A stretch of DNA of 64,000 nt from an uncultured Erysipelotrichaceae bacterium (GTDB lineage: Bacteria; Bacillota_I; Bacilli_A; RFN20; CAG-826), in contig CACZZG010000002.1 in the NCBI GenBank assembly GCA_902785645.1, positions 88,226 to 152,225 of the forward strand, in the 5' to 3' direction. Made by a program: the position numbers and the translations under genes. Of the stretch, positions 31,651 through 41,546 are shown one piece after another (within the stretch, counting starts at the first letter, position 1; every line of letters begins with the position of its first letter). The notes beneath the pieces are model-generated. The model had not been told where the DNA came from and ran no database searches. It was given only the letters and a program-made list of their open reading frames with translations.

Positions 31651-32102
31651 TGAAACTAAGATTTTATTTAAATAACGTTGAAGTCGAATACGAAATTCAA
31701 CCAGATGAATATCTTGCTCAAGTTTTAAGAAGAAATGGCGTCCTTTCTATAAGAATTGGTTGTGATGAATCCGCATGTGGTTCATGTACAGTTTTAGTGG
31801 ATGATAAACCAGTCTTATCTTGTGGTTTATTAGCTGCGAAAGTGGAAGGAAAACATGTCACCACAGTCGAAGGTATCCAAGAAGAAGCTAATCGTTTAGC
31901 GGATTATTTTGGTGATGAAGGTGCTGACCAATGCTCGTTCTGCAGTGTTGGTTTTGCTTTAATCGTTCATGCTTTAAGAAAAGAATATAAAAACCCCACC
32001 GATGAACAAATCAAAGATTATATCGTCGGCAACATTTGTAGATGTACTGGCTATCAATCACAATTTAAAGCCATAAAAGCATATCTCAAGGAGGCTAAAT
32101 AG
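31650..32102 (+). CDS. Xanthine dehydrogenase-family [2Fe-2S] subunit (trio 1)
   Basis: CDESACGSCTVLVDDKPVLSC and QCSFCSVGF...CRCTGY cysteine patterns. Confidence 0.9.
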   Translation: MKLRFYLNNVEVEYEIQPDEYLAQVLRRNGVLSIRIGCDESACGSCTVLVDDKPVLSCGLLAAKVEGKHVTTVEGIQEEANRLADYFGDEGADQCSFCSVGFALIVHALRKEYKNPTDEQIKDYIVGNICRCTGYQSQFKAIKAYLKEAK

Positions 32103-32103
32103 A

Positions 32104-34425
32104 ATGAGTAAAAAATTTAAAGTTGTTAATAACAAAACCCATTCCGTTGATGGCCACGCTGAGATGATGGGTAGAGCCGTCTATACACAAGATTATGAAG
32201 CACCAGGTTCATTGGTCTTGAAGATGTTACGTTCTCCACACCCATTTGCAAGAATTAAAAATATTGATACCAGCAAAGCTGAATCTCTTAATGGTGTGAA
32301 ATGCGTTTTAACATATAAAAACGTTCCACACGTGGCTTTCTCTCGCGCTGGACAAGGCGCACCTCAACCATCCCCAATTGATAAATTTATCTTAGATGAA
32401 TATGTTAGATTCGTTGGTGATGAAGTGGCGGTAGTCGCTGCAATCAACGAAAAGATTGCGGAAGACGCACTTAAATTAATCCAAGTTGAATATGAGGTTT
32501 TAGAACCAGTTCTTGATTATAAAACCGCATACAAAAATAAGAGCGTTATTCACCCAGAAAGTGGCATTTCGCAGGCTTTTGAGATGGGTTTTCGCCCAAA
32601 AGACAACGTTGCAGCCTCTTATGAAATGGAAGTAGGTAACGTTGAAAAAGAACTCGAAAAATGCGATGTCGTTATTGAACATACAGCAGAAACACAAGCC
32701 CAAGCTCACGCGATGCTTGAACCACATTGTTCTAACGCTAGACTCGATGAACATAATCGTTTAGTGATTTATACATCCACACAAACACCATTCCATATTC
32801 GTCGTATTATGGCTCAAACATTAGGGATGCCATTATCACAAATTAGAATTGTCAAACCACGTGTTGGTGGTGGCTTTGGTGGCAAACAACAATTCCACTG
32901 CGAAATGTTTGTGGCATTAGTGACATTAAGAACTGGATTACCATCAAAGATGGTATATACAAGAGAAGAAGTTTTTGCTTCTTCTTATACACGTCACCCA
33001 ATGTGTATCACCATGAAAATTGGTGCGGATAAAGATGGCACAATTAAAGCCATTGATTGCCATGCCTTAAGTGATACAGGCGCTTATGGTGAACATGCTT
33101 TAACAGTCTTTATGATTGTGGGTAGTAAAGTCCTGCCTTTATATAACAAAGTTAATGCTGTCAGATTTGGCGGTAGAGTTTTATATACAAATCATGTACC
33201 TGCAGGCGCATACCGTGGGTACGGTGCTATTCAAGGCAACTATGTCTTAGAATCAGCGATTGATATTCTTGCAGAAAAATTACATATGGACCCCGTAGAA
33301 CTTCGTAAGAAGAATTCCATGAAGGAAAAAGAAACATCCCCAATCTTTGAAATTATGGGTGAAGGTACTAAAGGTACCGCAATGATCATGGAATCTTGTA
33401 AACTTCCATATTGTATCGAACGCGGTGCCGAACTTATTGATTGGAAAAATAAATATCCAAGAAAAGAAGTCGGACCACATAAAGTCAGATCAGTTGGTTG
33501 TGCAATTGCTATGCAAGGTAGTGGAATTCCATTCTCCGATATGGGAAGCTGCGCCATCACACTTCAAGATGGTGGCTTCTATATGGTGAGATGTGGTGCT
33601 ACTGATATTGGACAAGGCTCTGACACATTAATTAGCCAAATCGTCGCAGAAGAATTAATGACAACAGTTGATAAGATTGTTATATATTCTTCTGATACAG
33701 ACTTAGCGCCATTTGATGTTGGTGCATATGCCTCCTCCACAACATATATTTCTGGTAATGCCGCTTGGAAGACTGCCATTAAGATGAGAGAACGTCTCAT
33801 TAGTGAAGCAGCCACTATGCTAGGCGTTAAAGAAAATACTGTTGAATTCGATGGTAAGAAGTTTGTTTCTGGCGAAAAAGAAATTTCATTATTTGATTTA
33901 TCAAATAAATTAATATATTCCGCTCCTCAACATCAAGTTGCAGTGACTGAATCTTATATTGGTCATGTTTCTCCACCTCCATTTATGGCAGCTTATGCTG
34001 AAGTTGAAGTGGATACTGAAACTGGTGAATATGAAGTTATTGAATATGTCTCGGTAGTGGACTGTGGAACCACAATCAACCCAATGCTTGCTAAAGGACA
34101 AGTTGAAGGTGGTATTGTTCAAGGTTTTGGTATGGCTAGTAAAGAGGCTGTCTTATATAACAAAAATGGACAAATGCTTTCTAATAGCTTTCTTTATTAC
34201 CATGTCCCAACCACCAAAGATATTCATAAATTAACTACAGAATTCGCTGATTCTTATGAACCAACCGGTCCATTTGGTGCGAAATCTGTCGGTGAAATTG
34301 GTATTGATACACCTCCTGCGGTTATTTGCAACGCAATTTATAACGCTGTTGGCGTGAGAATCAATTCCTTACCAATCACTCCAGAAAAAATTCTTAAAGC
34401 AATGAAGGAAAAAGAGAATAGATAA
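32104..34425 (+). CDS. Xanthine dehydrogenase-family molybdopterin-binding subunit (trio 1, 773 aa)
   Basis: Motifs VGGGFGGKQQ, AYRGYGAIQ and SVGEIG. Has the a/b-hammerhead plus Mo-binding domain length. Confidence 0.9.
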   Translation: MSKKFKVVNNKTHSVDGHAEMMGRAVYTQDYEAPGSLVLKMLRSPHPFARIKNIDTSKAESLNGVKCVLTYKNVPHVAFSRAGQGAPQPSPIDKFILDEYVRFVGDEVAVVAAINEKIAEDALKLIQVEYEVLEPVLDYKTAYKNKSVIHPESGISQAFEMGFRPKDNVAASYEMEVGNVEKELEKCDVVIEHTAETQAQAHAMLEPHCSNARLDEHNRLVIYTSTQTPFHIRRIMAQTLGMPLSQIRIVKPRVGGGFGGKQQFHCEMFVALVTLRTGLPSKMVYTREEVFASSYTRHPMCITMKIGADKDGTIKAIDCHALSDTGAYGEHALTVFMIVGSKVLPLYNKVNAVRFGGRVLYTNHVPAGAYRGYGAIQGNYVLESAIDILAEKLHMDPVELRKKNSMKEKETSPIFEIMGEGTKGTAMIMESCKLPYCIERGAELIDWKNKYPRKEVGPHKVRSVGCAIAMQGSGIPFSDMGSCAITLQDGGFYMVRCGATDIGQGSDTLISQIVAEELMTTVDKIVIYSSDTDLAPFDVGAYASSTTYISGNAAWKTAIKMRERLISEAATMLGVKENTVEFDGKKFVSGEKEISLFDLSNKLIYSAPQHQVAVTESYIGHVSPPPFMAAYAEVEVDTETGEYEVIEYVSVVDCGTTINPMLAKGQVEGGIVQGFGMASKEAVLYNKNGQMLSNSFLYYHVPTTKDIHKLTTEFADSYEPTGPFGAKSVGEIGIDTPPAVICNAIYNAVGVRINSLPITPEKILKAMKEKENR

Positions 34426-34426
34426 T

Positions 34427-35740
34427 ATGTCTTTATTAATTAAAAACGGACTTGTTTATATCGATAGTTCTTGGCAAGAGGTCAACATCTTAATTGATGG
34501 TGAACGTTTTGTTTATGTTGGTAAAGAAGATAAACCTGCGGATGAAGTAATGGATGCAACTGGATTAAAGATTATTTCAGGAATAATTGATCCTCATGTT
34601 CACTTTGCTCTTTATTGCGGAACCGTTACTTCGGTTGATGATTTTGAAAGTGGAAGTAGAAGCGCTGCCTATGGTGGTGTGACTACAATCATCGATTTCT
34701 TAGATCCAACAAGAAACGCCAGAAAACTCGAAAGATCATTTTATGACCGTTTAGAATTAGCAAAGAAATGTCATGTTGATTACCATTTCCATGCATGTAT
34801 CAAAGAACCAGATGGTGATTTAGAAGAATATGTTTTAATGATGAAAAAGTTGGGAATGAACACAATTAAGTTGTTTACAACTTATTCTGAAACAAGACGT
34901 AGAACTTATGATCCTGACATCATTAAATTATTAGAGTTAACAAAGAAATATAATTTCCTTGTCACCGCTCATATTGAAAACGACGAATTAGTTTCATTGA
35001 AACCTGAATATGCATGTACATATATATCTGAAGCTCGCTCAAGTGAATGCGAATATAGCGAAGCCCTCAAGCTAGCGGGTTTTGCCAAACAGACACAAGG
35101 ATATTTATATATGGTTCACTGTTCGTCAGGAGAAACATTATCTAGATTGATTAATCAATACGGTGATATCTTAGGCAAACATTTCTATGTTGAAAGCTGC
35201 CCTCAATACTTTGCATTTAATAAAGAAGTTCTTAATAGTGAACAAGGCTATTTATATACATTTGCTCCTCCACTAAGAAGCAAGCAAGAACAAGAATTAT
35301 TAATTAAGAACATCAACTATGTGAACACCATTGGTACTGACCATTGTTCATTTATGTCTAGCGACAAAAAGAACCATCCATCATTAGTGGGACATCCATT
35401 AGGTATCGGTGGAATTGAATCTTCATTTGTGGTCATGCACAAACTATTCGGCGATCAAATAATTGATAAAATGACCAAAAATATCGCTGATTTAGAAGGA
35501 TTTTCGCAAAAAGGACGCATTTTTGCTGGAAAAGATGCAGATTTAGCATTTATTAAAGAGGTTGATGAATACCCAATCGGTAAGCCTCATGGAACATGTG
35601 ACTATAGTGTTTATGAAGGCATCAAAGTTAAAGAAAAAATCGTTCACACAATGCTTAGAGGACGCTTCATTTTAAAAGATGAACAGTTCCTTGGCGGACA
35701 AGGTGAATTAATAAATTGTGACAAGGAGGTCAAGTTCTAA
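34427..35740 (+). CDS. Cyclic amidohydrolase (dihydropyrimidinase/D-hydantoinase, HyuA-like)
   Basis: DPHVHF, TIKLFTTYS (position of the carbamylated Lys), AHIEND and GTDHCSF metal-ligand pattern. Confidence 0.8.
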   Translation: MSLLIKNGLVYIDSSWQEVNILIDGERFVYVGKEDKPADEVMDATGLKIISGIIDPHVHFALYCGTVTSVDDFESGSRSAAYGGVTTIIDFLDPTRNARKLERSFYDRLELAKKCHVDYHFHACIKEPDGDLEEYVLMMKKLGMNTIKLFTTYSETRRRTYDPDIIKLLELTKKYNFLVTAHIENDELVSLKPEYACTYISEARSSECEYSEALKLAGFAKQTQGYLYMVHCSSGETLSRLINQYGDILGKHFYVESCPQYFAFNKEVLNSEQGYLYTFAPPLRSKQEQELLIKNINYVNTIGTDHCSFMSSDKKNHPSLVGHPLGIGGIESSFVVMHKLFGDQIIDKMTKNIADLEGFSQKGRIFAGKDADLAFIKEVDEYPIGKPHGTCDYSVYEGIKVKEKIVHTMLRGRFILKDEQFLGGQGELINCDKEVKF

Positions 35741-37041
35741 TGAAAGCGATTATTAACGTTAGAATATATGACTACCAAAACTATATTGAAAATGGTTTTG
35801 TTGTTTTTGATAAAGAAATAGTGAAAGTCGGAAAGATGTCTGACTTTAAAGATGAAGGCTATCAAATTATCGATGGTAAGGGGCAACTTTTACTCCCTAA
35901 CTTTGTTTGTAATCACTCACACATCTATTCAATTTTCGCTAGAGGTTTAGCCTTGCCATTTTCTCCACAAAACTTCTTACAAATATTAGAACAAATGTGG
36001 TGGAAAATTGATGCCCAATTAGACAATAAAGGAACCTTCTATTCTGGCATATGCGCAGGTAAAGAATTTATTGAAAATGGTGTTACCACAATCATTGATC
36101 ACCATGCCTCTGGAGCAGATATTATTAAGAGCTTAACAAATCTTAAAAAATCACTTGTCGATATCCTAGGATTAAGAGCGATTTTATGCTTTGAAACCAG
36201 TGATAGGTATCCTGTTGATCAATGTATTAAAGAGAATATTTCTTTCATGAGAAGATATCATACTGACCATGTTGCTGGATTATTTGGCATGCACGCAAGT
36301 ATGACACTTTCAAATAAGACTTTAGCAAGTGTTTCTCGTCACTTAAAAGGCGAACCAATTCACATTCATGTCGCAGAAAGTAAGATGGATGAAGATGACT
36401 CTTTAGAGAAATATAATATGACAATTATGGAGAGATTAGAAAAGTATAATCTCGTCAATCCAAACAGCTTAATTGTTCATGGTGTCACTATTAGTGACAA
36501 AGAACTAGATATCGTCGCTAAACACGGTGCGTATATGGTGGTTAATACCACAAGCAATATGAATAACGCAGTGGGCTTACCAGACATAAATAATTACTTA
36601 AATCATGGCATCAAAGTCTTGGTCGGTAATGATGGTTTATCAAGCACAATGGCTAATGAATATTTAAATGCTTATTACACAACACATCACTTAAATGGAA
36701 CCCCATTAGCGATGGGTCTTGTTCAAATTTTAGACATGATTAATAACTCATATGAATACGTTTCCAAAATATTAAATATCAAGATTGGTCGTATTCAAAA
36801 AGGATATGTTTCTGACTTCATGTTATTACCTTATAAACCATTTACTGAAATGGATCAAAATAATGCCTTTGGTCATATCTTTTATGGTGTCTATCCATCA
36901 TTAAAACCAAATGATGTTTACGCCTCTGGTAAATGCTTATTAAGAAATAGAAAACTACTTAGTAAAAAAGTAGAAAAATTATTCGGTGAATCTGGACAAG
37001 AGAGTCTTAGATTATGGAAACGTGTTAAGGAGGAAAACTAG
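35740..37041 (+). CDS. ssnA: SsnA-like amidohydrolase (chlorohydrolase/aminohydrolase family)
   Basis: Motifs NHSHIYS, HVAES and GNDG. 433 aa. Context next to hyuA-like and Mo-hydroxylase genes. Confidence 0.72.
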   Translation: MKAIINVRIYDYQNYIENGFVVFDKEIVKVGKMSDFKDEGYQIIDGKGQLLLPNFVCNHSHIYSIFARGLALPFSPQNFLQILEQMWWKIDAQLDNKGTFYSGICAGKEFIENGVTTIIDHHASGADIIKSLTNLKKSLVDILGLRAILCFETSDRYPVDQCIKENISFMRRYHTDHVAGLFGMHASMTLSNKTLASVSRHLKGEPIHIHVAESKMDEDDSLEKYNMTIMERLEKYNLVNPNSLIVHGVTISDKELDIVAKHGAYMVVNTTSNMNNAVGLPDINNYLNHGIKVLVGNDGLSSTMANEYLNAYYTTHHLNGTPLAMGLVQILDMINNSYEYVSKILNIKIGRIQKGYVSDFMLLPYKPFTEMDQNNAFGHIFYGVYPSLKPNDVYASGKCLLRNRKLLSKKVEKLFGESGQESLRLWKRVKEEN

Positions 37042-37042
37042 T

Positions 37043-38137
37043 ATGGATTTATCGACAAAATTTGACGGACTAGTATTAAAGAATCCACTTATGCCTGCAG
37101 CAGGACCACTTGTTGGTGATGCAGAAAAAATGCTATGGCTAAATAAGGTTGCCGGTTGTGGTGCAATCGTCGCCAAAACCATTTCCACACACATGGCGCA
37201 TATTCCTCATCCATGTATCGTGGGAGACAATAATGCGATATATAACTGTGAACTTTGGACTGAATATAGCAAAGAGAAATGGATTGAAGAATTCCTTCCT
37301 CAATACGTTAAAGAAAAAGGTGACACTCCATTAATCATTTCCGTTGGTTATACAAAGGAAGATATGGAAGAGTTAATTCCTCAATTAGATAAATTCGCAG
37401 ATGCTTTTGAAGTGAGCTGTCATTATGTCGGAACAGACCGCGAAAAACTTGCAGAAGTCGTGCGAACCATAAGAAAATTGACCAAAAAGCCTTTCTATAT
37501 GAAGATTTCTCCACATATTCCTGATCCAGCTGGATTTGCAAAAACCATCAAAGAGAATGGTGCGAATGGTGTCGTAGCGATTAATTCGTTAGGCCCATCC
37601 ATGGTCATCGATATCGAAAACAGAAGAATGTTAGCTAATAACGATAAAGGTTTCGTCTGGATGTCTGGTCCAGTTATTAAACCATTAGCCTTAGCCACAG
37701 TCTACACAATTAAACAAGCTGAACCATCATTAACCGTTATCGGTGTTGGTGGTGTGGCATCCGCGAAAGACGTCATCGAATTCTTACTTGCAGGCGCAAA
37801 TGCTGTTGGTATGTTATCCGCCCCAATGCTAAGAGGTAAGGAATTATACAAAAAGATTATTGATGACTTACCAAAAGAATTAGAAAAATATGGATTTAAG
37901 TCTGTTGAAGATGTCATGAAGACAGGACTTAAAAAAGTTACAAGCTATGAAGCTGAACTTCCAAAACTCATAAAAGAGAAATGCACTCACTGTGGCTTAT
38001 GTATGAGAAACTGCCCATACTTTGCTATTGAGTTTGATCAATTAAGAAATCCAACATTCAATAATGATAAATGTTTTAGATGTGGACTCTGTGCTTCAAG
38101 ATGCCCATCTAAAGCCATTGAATTTAAACACAAATAA
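37043..38137 (+). CDS. PreA-like dihydroorotate/dihydropyrimidine dehydrogenase-family flavoprotein with a C-terminal 2x[4Fe-4S] ferredoxin domain
   Basis: TIM-barrel motifs NPLMPAAGP, EVSCHY (Cys loop) and AINSLGP. C-terminal CTHCGLCMRNCP and CFRCGLCASRCP. The start was moved to the ATG at 37043 (AAGGAGG upstream), because the 36986 start overlaps ssnA. Confidence 0.8.
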   Translation: MDLSTKFDGLVLKNPLMPAAGPLVGDAEKMLWLNKVAGCGAIVAKTISTHMAHIPHPCIVGDNNAIYNCELWTEYSKEKWIEEFLPQYVKEKGDTPLIISVGYTKEDMEELIPQLDKFADAFEVSCHYVGTDREKLAEVVRTIRKLTKKPFYMKISPHIPDPAGFAKTIKENGANGVVAINSLGPSMVIDIENRRMLANNDKGFVWMSGPVIKPLALATVYTIKQAEPSLTVIGVGGVASAKDVIEFLLAGANAVGMLSAPMLRGKELYKKIIDDLPKELEKYGFKSVEDVMKTGLKKVTSYEAELPKLIKEKCTHCGLCMRNCPYFAIEFDQLRNPTFNNDKCFRCGLCASRCPSKAIEFKHK

Positions 38138-38148
38138 GAGAAAACAAT

Positions 38149-40242
38149 ATGGCTCAATTTAAGAATTCTACAGTCAAAATAGATAACGAAGAAAAGATGT
38201 CTGGTAAGGCATTATTTACTGATGATTTACCAAGCGAAGGCTTTCTTTGGGTTAGACCTTTACGTAGTAATATTCCCTGTGGACGTATCCGTACAATAAA
38301 CGTTCCTAAACTTCCTAAAGGATATTATTGGGTCGATGCTAAAGACATCGTTAAAGAAAATGTTGTGAACATCATCTTTTCCGATTGGCCTGTATTTGCT
38401 GATAGAAGAGTAAATTATTATGGTGAAACCATCGGTCTATTAATTGGACCTGATAAAGCTAAGCTTGAGGAATTAGGAAGACTTCTCCAAGTTAACTATG
38501 ATGAAGAAATACCTCATTTTAAACTCAACAATAGTAAGATTCACAAATCATTTACCAAAGGTAATTTAGATGAAGTTATTAAAAATCATGACTTCATGTT
38601 AGAAGAAACTTTTGAAACTGGGTATCAAGAACAAGTTTATTTAGAACCACAAAGCATGATTATGTGGCTTGATGGAGACAAAATTACTATCAAAGCCAGC
38701 ATGCAATGTCCTTTCTATATTAAAAACGCTGTCGTAAGAACACTCGGATGTTCACCAGATAAAGTGAGAGTTATTCAACCCGCTGTCGGTGGCGCTTTTG
38801 GTGGTAAAGAGCATTATCCATCTATGATGGCAGCACAATTAGCTACCGCTATTATGAAGATTAAAAAACCATTAAAGATGGTCTTTGATCGCAGTGAAGA
38901 TTTGATGTATACCACAAAAAGACATCCATCTAGAACGACATATACAGGTTATGTAAAAGATGGAAGACTTGTCGGTGTTAAAGCCCATGTTGGTCTCAAT
39001 GGTGGTGCTTATCTTGGTTGTTCTGGTGTTGTCTTAAACCGTGGACTTATTGCAGTTGTGGACTCATATGATGTTCCAAATCTTGATGTTACAGGCGATG
39101 TTTATGTTACAAACACTATGCCAACTGCTGCATTTAGAGGCTTTGGTTCACCGCAAACAATATTTGCTTTTGAAATGTTCATAGAACACATTGCTAAAGC
39201 CATTGGTGTTGATCCAGTGGAATTTAAACTCAAACATCTAGTGAAAAAGGGTCAAACAACCGCGGTAAACGGCAAATTTCATGACGATATAATTCTCCCT
39301 CAACTCGTTGAGAAAGCCATGGAGATGAGCGATTTTAAACGTAAATACAAAGAATATAGTAAGCCAGGATCTAATCGTGGTATTGGAATATCGACATTTC
39401 TCCATGGATGCGGCTTTACTGGAAGTGGTGAATCCACAATTATTAATGCCCAACTTAAATTAACTAAAGACGAGAATGATATTGTTCACTTATATACTTC
39501 TCAAGTTGATTTTGGACAAGGCAATAGAACCACATTAAAGAAAATAGTTTCTGATACTTTAGGTATACCTGAAGAACAAGTTACTCATGAAGCACCAGAT
39601 ACCGACCATACATTATCAACCGGTCCTACTGCGGCCAGCAGAACAATCATTATCGTTGGTTATTTATGTGAGAAAGCCGCGAAACATTTAAAAGAAATCT
39701 GGAAACCAGGTGTCTATCAAGAATGGATTGAACCATATGTTGGTCCTGATTATATTCACTGGGATGAAGATACATTACAAGGTGATGCTTATCCAGGTTA
39801 TGCTTGGGGTGTCAACATAGTTGAAATCAGTTTCGATCCTATTACTTATCAAGTAAAAGTAGAAGGCGCTTGGTCAACATATGATGTTGGTCACGCGATT
39901 GATGAAAGAATCGTTATCGGTCAAGCTGATGGTGGTTTAGCTCAAGCTATCGGCTATGGATATTTAGAAAATATGGAAATGGCAGAAGGAAGATTCAGAC
40001 AAAAGACTTTAGCCGACTATATCATTCCTACATCTGCGGACCTACCAATGATGGAAACCGAACTTATTGATAACTTATTTGCCTATGGCGCAAGTGGGGC
40101 AAAAGGCTGTGGTGAATTAACATTTGTTGGTGGTGCACCTGCCTTATGTCACGCAATAGAGATGGCAATTAATCGAAAAATATACAAAATACCAGCAAAT
40201 CCTGAATATTTAATGGAGTTAGTGGAAAATGGAAAAGATTAG
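38149..40242 (+). CDS. Xanthine dehydrogenase-family molybdopterin-binding subunit (trio 2, 697 aa)
   Basis: VGGAFGGKEHY (Glu after GGK, as in bona fide xanthine dehydrogenases), AFRGFGSPQ and GCGELT. Confidence 0.9.
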   Translation: MAQFKNSTVKIDNEEKMSGKALFTDDLPSEGFLWVRPLRSNIPCGRIRTINVPKLPKGYYWVDAKDIVKENVVNIIFSDWPVFADRRVNYYGETIGLLIGPDKAKLEELGRLLQVNYDEEIPHFKLNNSKIHKSFTKGNLDEVIKNHDFMLEETFETGYQEQVYLEPQSMIMWLDGDKITIKASMQCPFYIKNAVVRTLGCSPDKVRVIQPAVGGAFGGKEHYPSMMAAQLATAIMKIKKPLKMVFDRSEDLMYTTKRHPSRTTYTGYVKDGRLVGVKAHVGLNGGAYLGCSGVVLNRGLIAVVDSYDVPNLDVTGDVYVTNTMPTAAFRGFGSPQTIFAFEMFIEHIAKAIGVDPVEFKLKHLVKKGQTTAVNGKFHDDIILPQLVEKAMEMSDFKRKYKEYSKPGSNRGIGISTFLHGCGFTGSGESTIINAQLKLTKDENDIVHLYTSQVDFGQGNRTTLKKIVSDTLGIPEEQVTHEAPDTDHTLSTGPTAASRTIIIVGYLCEKAAKHLKEIWKPGVYQEWIEPYVGPDYIHWDEDTLQGDAYPGYAWGVNIVEISFDPITYQVKVEGAWSTYDVGHAIDERIVIGQADGGLAQAIGYGYLENMEMAEGRFRQKTLADYIIPTSADLPMMETELIDNLFAYGASGAKGCGELTFVGGAPALCHAIEMAINRKIYKIPANPEYLMELVENGKD

Positions 40243-40702
40243 TTTTTACTTAAATGGTAAGCAAGTTAAGCTTGCGATTGATCCTAGTACAAGATTACTA
40301 GATGTTTTACGTATCCGTTTACACATGACTGGTGTTAAAGAAGGATGCGGTGAAGGTGAATGTGGTGCATGTTCTGTTTTGGTGGATGGTGTTTGTTATA
40401 ACTCATGTTTAACACCAGTCGCTAATGTGATGGGAAAACACATTGTTACAATTGAAGGATTTAGAACCACAAAACAATATCGTATCATCGCTGACGCCTT
40501 TGCTGATTTTGGTGCTAGTCAATGTGGTTTCTGCACACCAGGCATGATTCTTAATGCCTATGCTTTATTAAAAAACAATCCTCATCCAAGTGAAGAAGAA
40601 GTGAGAATTGCCTTATCAGGTAACTTATGTAGATGTACAGGCTATAACGCAATCGTTAAAGCTATTTTAGAGATAGCGGAAAAAGGAGATATCGTATGGT
40701 AA
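40229..40702 (+). CDS. Xanthine dehydrogenase-family [2Fe-2S] subunit (trio 2)
   Basis: GCGEGECGACSVLVDG...NSC and QCGFCTPGMIL...CRCTGY. Confidence 0.9.
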   Translation: MEKISFYLNGKQVKLAIDPSTRLLDVLRIRLHMTGVKEGCGEGECGACSVLVDGVCYNSCLTPVANVMGKHIVTIEGFRTTKQYRIIADAFADFGASQCGFCTPGMILNAYALLKNNPHPSEEEVRIALSGNLCRCTGYNAIVKAILEIAEKGDIVW

Positions 40703-41538
40703 ATCACTATATTCCTTCATCTTTAAAAGAGGCTTTAAAAGTACTCAATAATCACGATTGCTATATCATGGCAGGGGGCACTGATTTAATGGTGGTTAAA
40801 CACCAAAAAAGTGGTATCGTTCCTAATTTTGATAAGGATGTTTGTTACATCTCTAATCTAAAAGAACTCCAATACATCTATGAAGATGAACAAGGCGTTC
40901 ATATTGGTGCGGGAACAAAATTTGTGGATATTGAAAATAGCATGATTGTTCCTGATTTGCTAAAGCAAATAATTCATGAATTAGCCTCACCAAATATCAG
41001 AAACATGGCCACGATGGCGGGCAATATCGCAAACGCATCACCTGCGGGTGACAGTATTGTTGGTCTATATTTATTAGACGCTAAATTAGAACTTGTGAAT
41101 GTGAATGGTTCTCGTTTAGTGCCTATTGAAAAATTCATTTTGGGTGTGAGAAAAATTGCCCGAAAGAGCAATGAAATAATTAAGGAAATCTTTATTCCAC
41201 ATCACGACGATTTAAACACTTATTGGAGAAAGGTTGGATCACGTGCCGCAGAAAGCATTTCTAAAGTTACTTTCGCTGGTGGATATCAAGTGGAAGATGG
41301 TGTTGTTAAAGATTTAAGAATGGCGTTTGGTAGTATCGGTGTCACATGTGTTAGAGATCAAAAGATTGAACAAAAATGCATTGGCATGACAGTTGAAGAA
41401 TTACATAAAAACATTGATAACATTCTTAATGACATGTCTAAGAACATTACACCAATCACTGATCAAAGAAGCACAAAAGAATATCGTTATAAAGTGGCGA
41501 TGAACATTCTTAAAGATTTCTTAAATGTTATTGAATAG
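40696..41538 (+). CDS. Xanthine dehydrogenase-family FAD-binding subunit (trio 2)
   Basis: IMAGGTDLMV and ATMAGNIANASPAGD, plus a CO-dehydrogenase-flavoprotein C-terminal-like tail. Confidence 0.85.
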   Translation: MVNHYIPSSLKEALKVLNNHDCYIMAGGTDLMVVKHQKSGIVPNFDKDVCYISNLKELQYIYEDEQGVHIGAGTKFVDIENSMIVPDLLKQIIHELASPNIRNMATMAGNIANASPAGDSIVGLYLLDAKLELVNVNGSRLVPIEKFILGVRKIARKSNEIIKEIFIPHHDDLNTYWRKVGSRAAESISKVTFAGGYQVEDGVVKDLRMAFGSIGVTCVRDQKIEQKCIGMTVEELHKNIDNILNDMSKNITPITDQRSTKEYRYKVAMNILKDFLNVIE

Positions 41539-41546
41539 GAGGAGTT

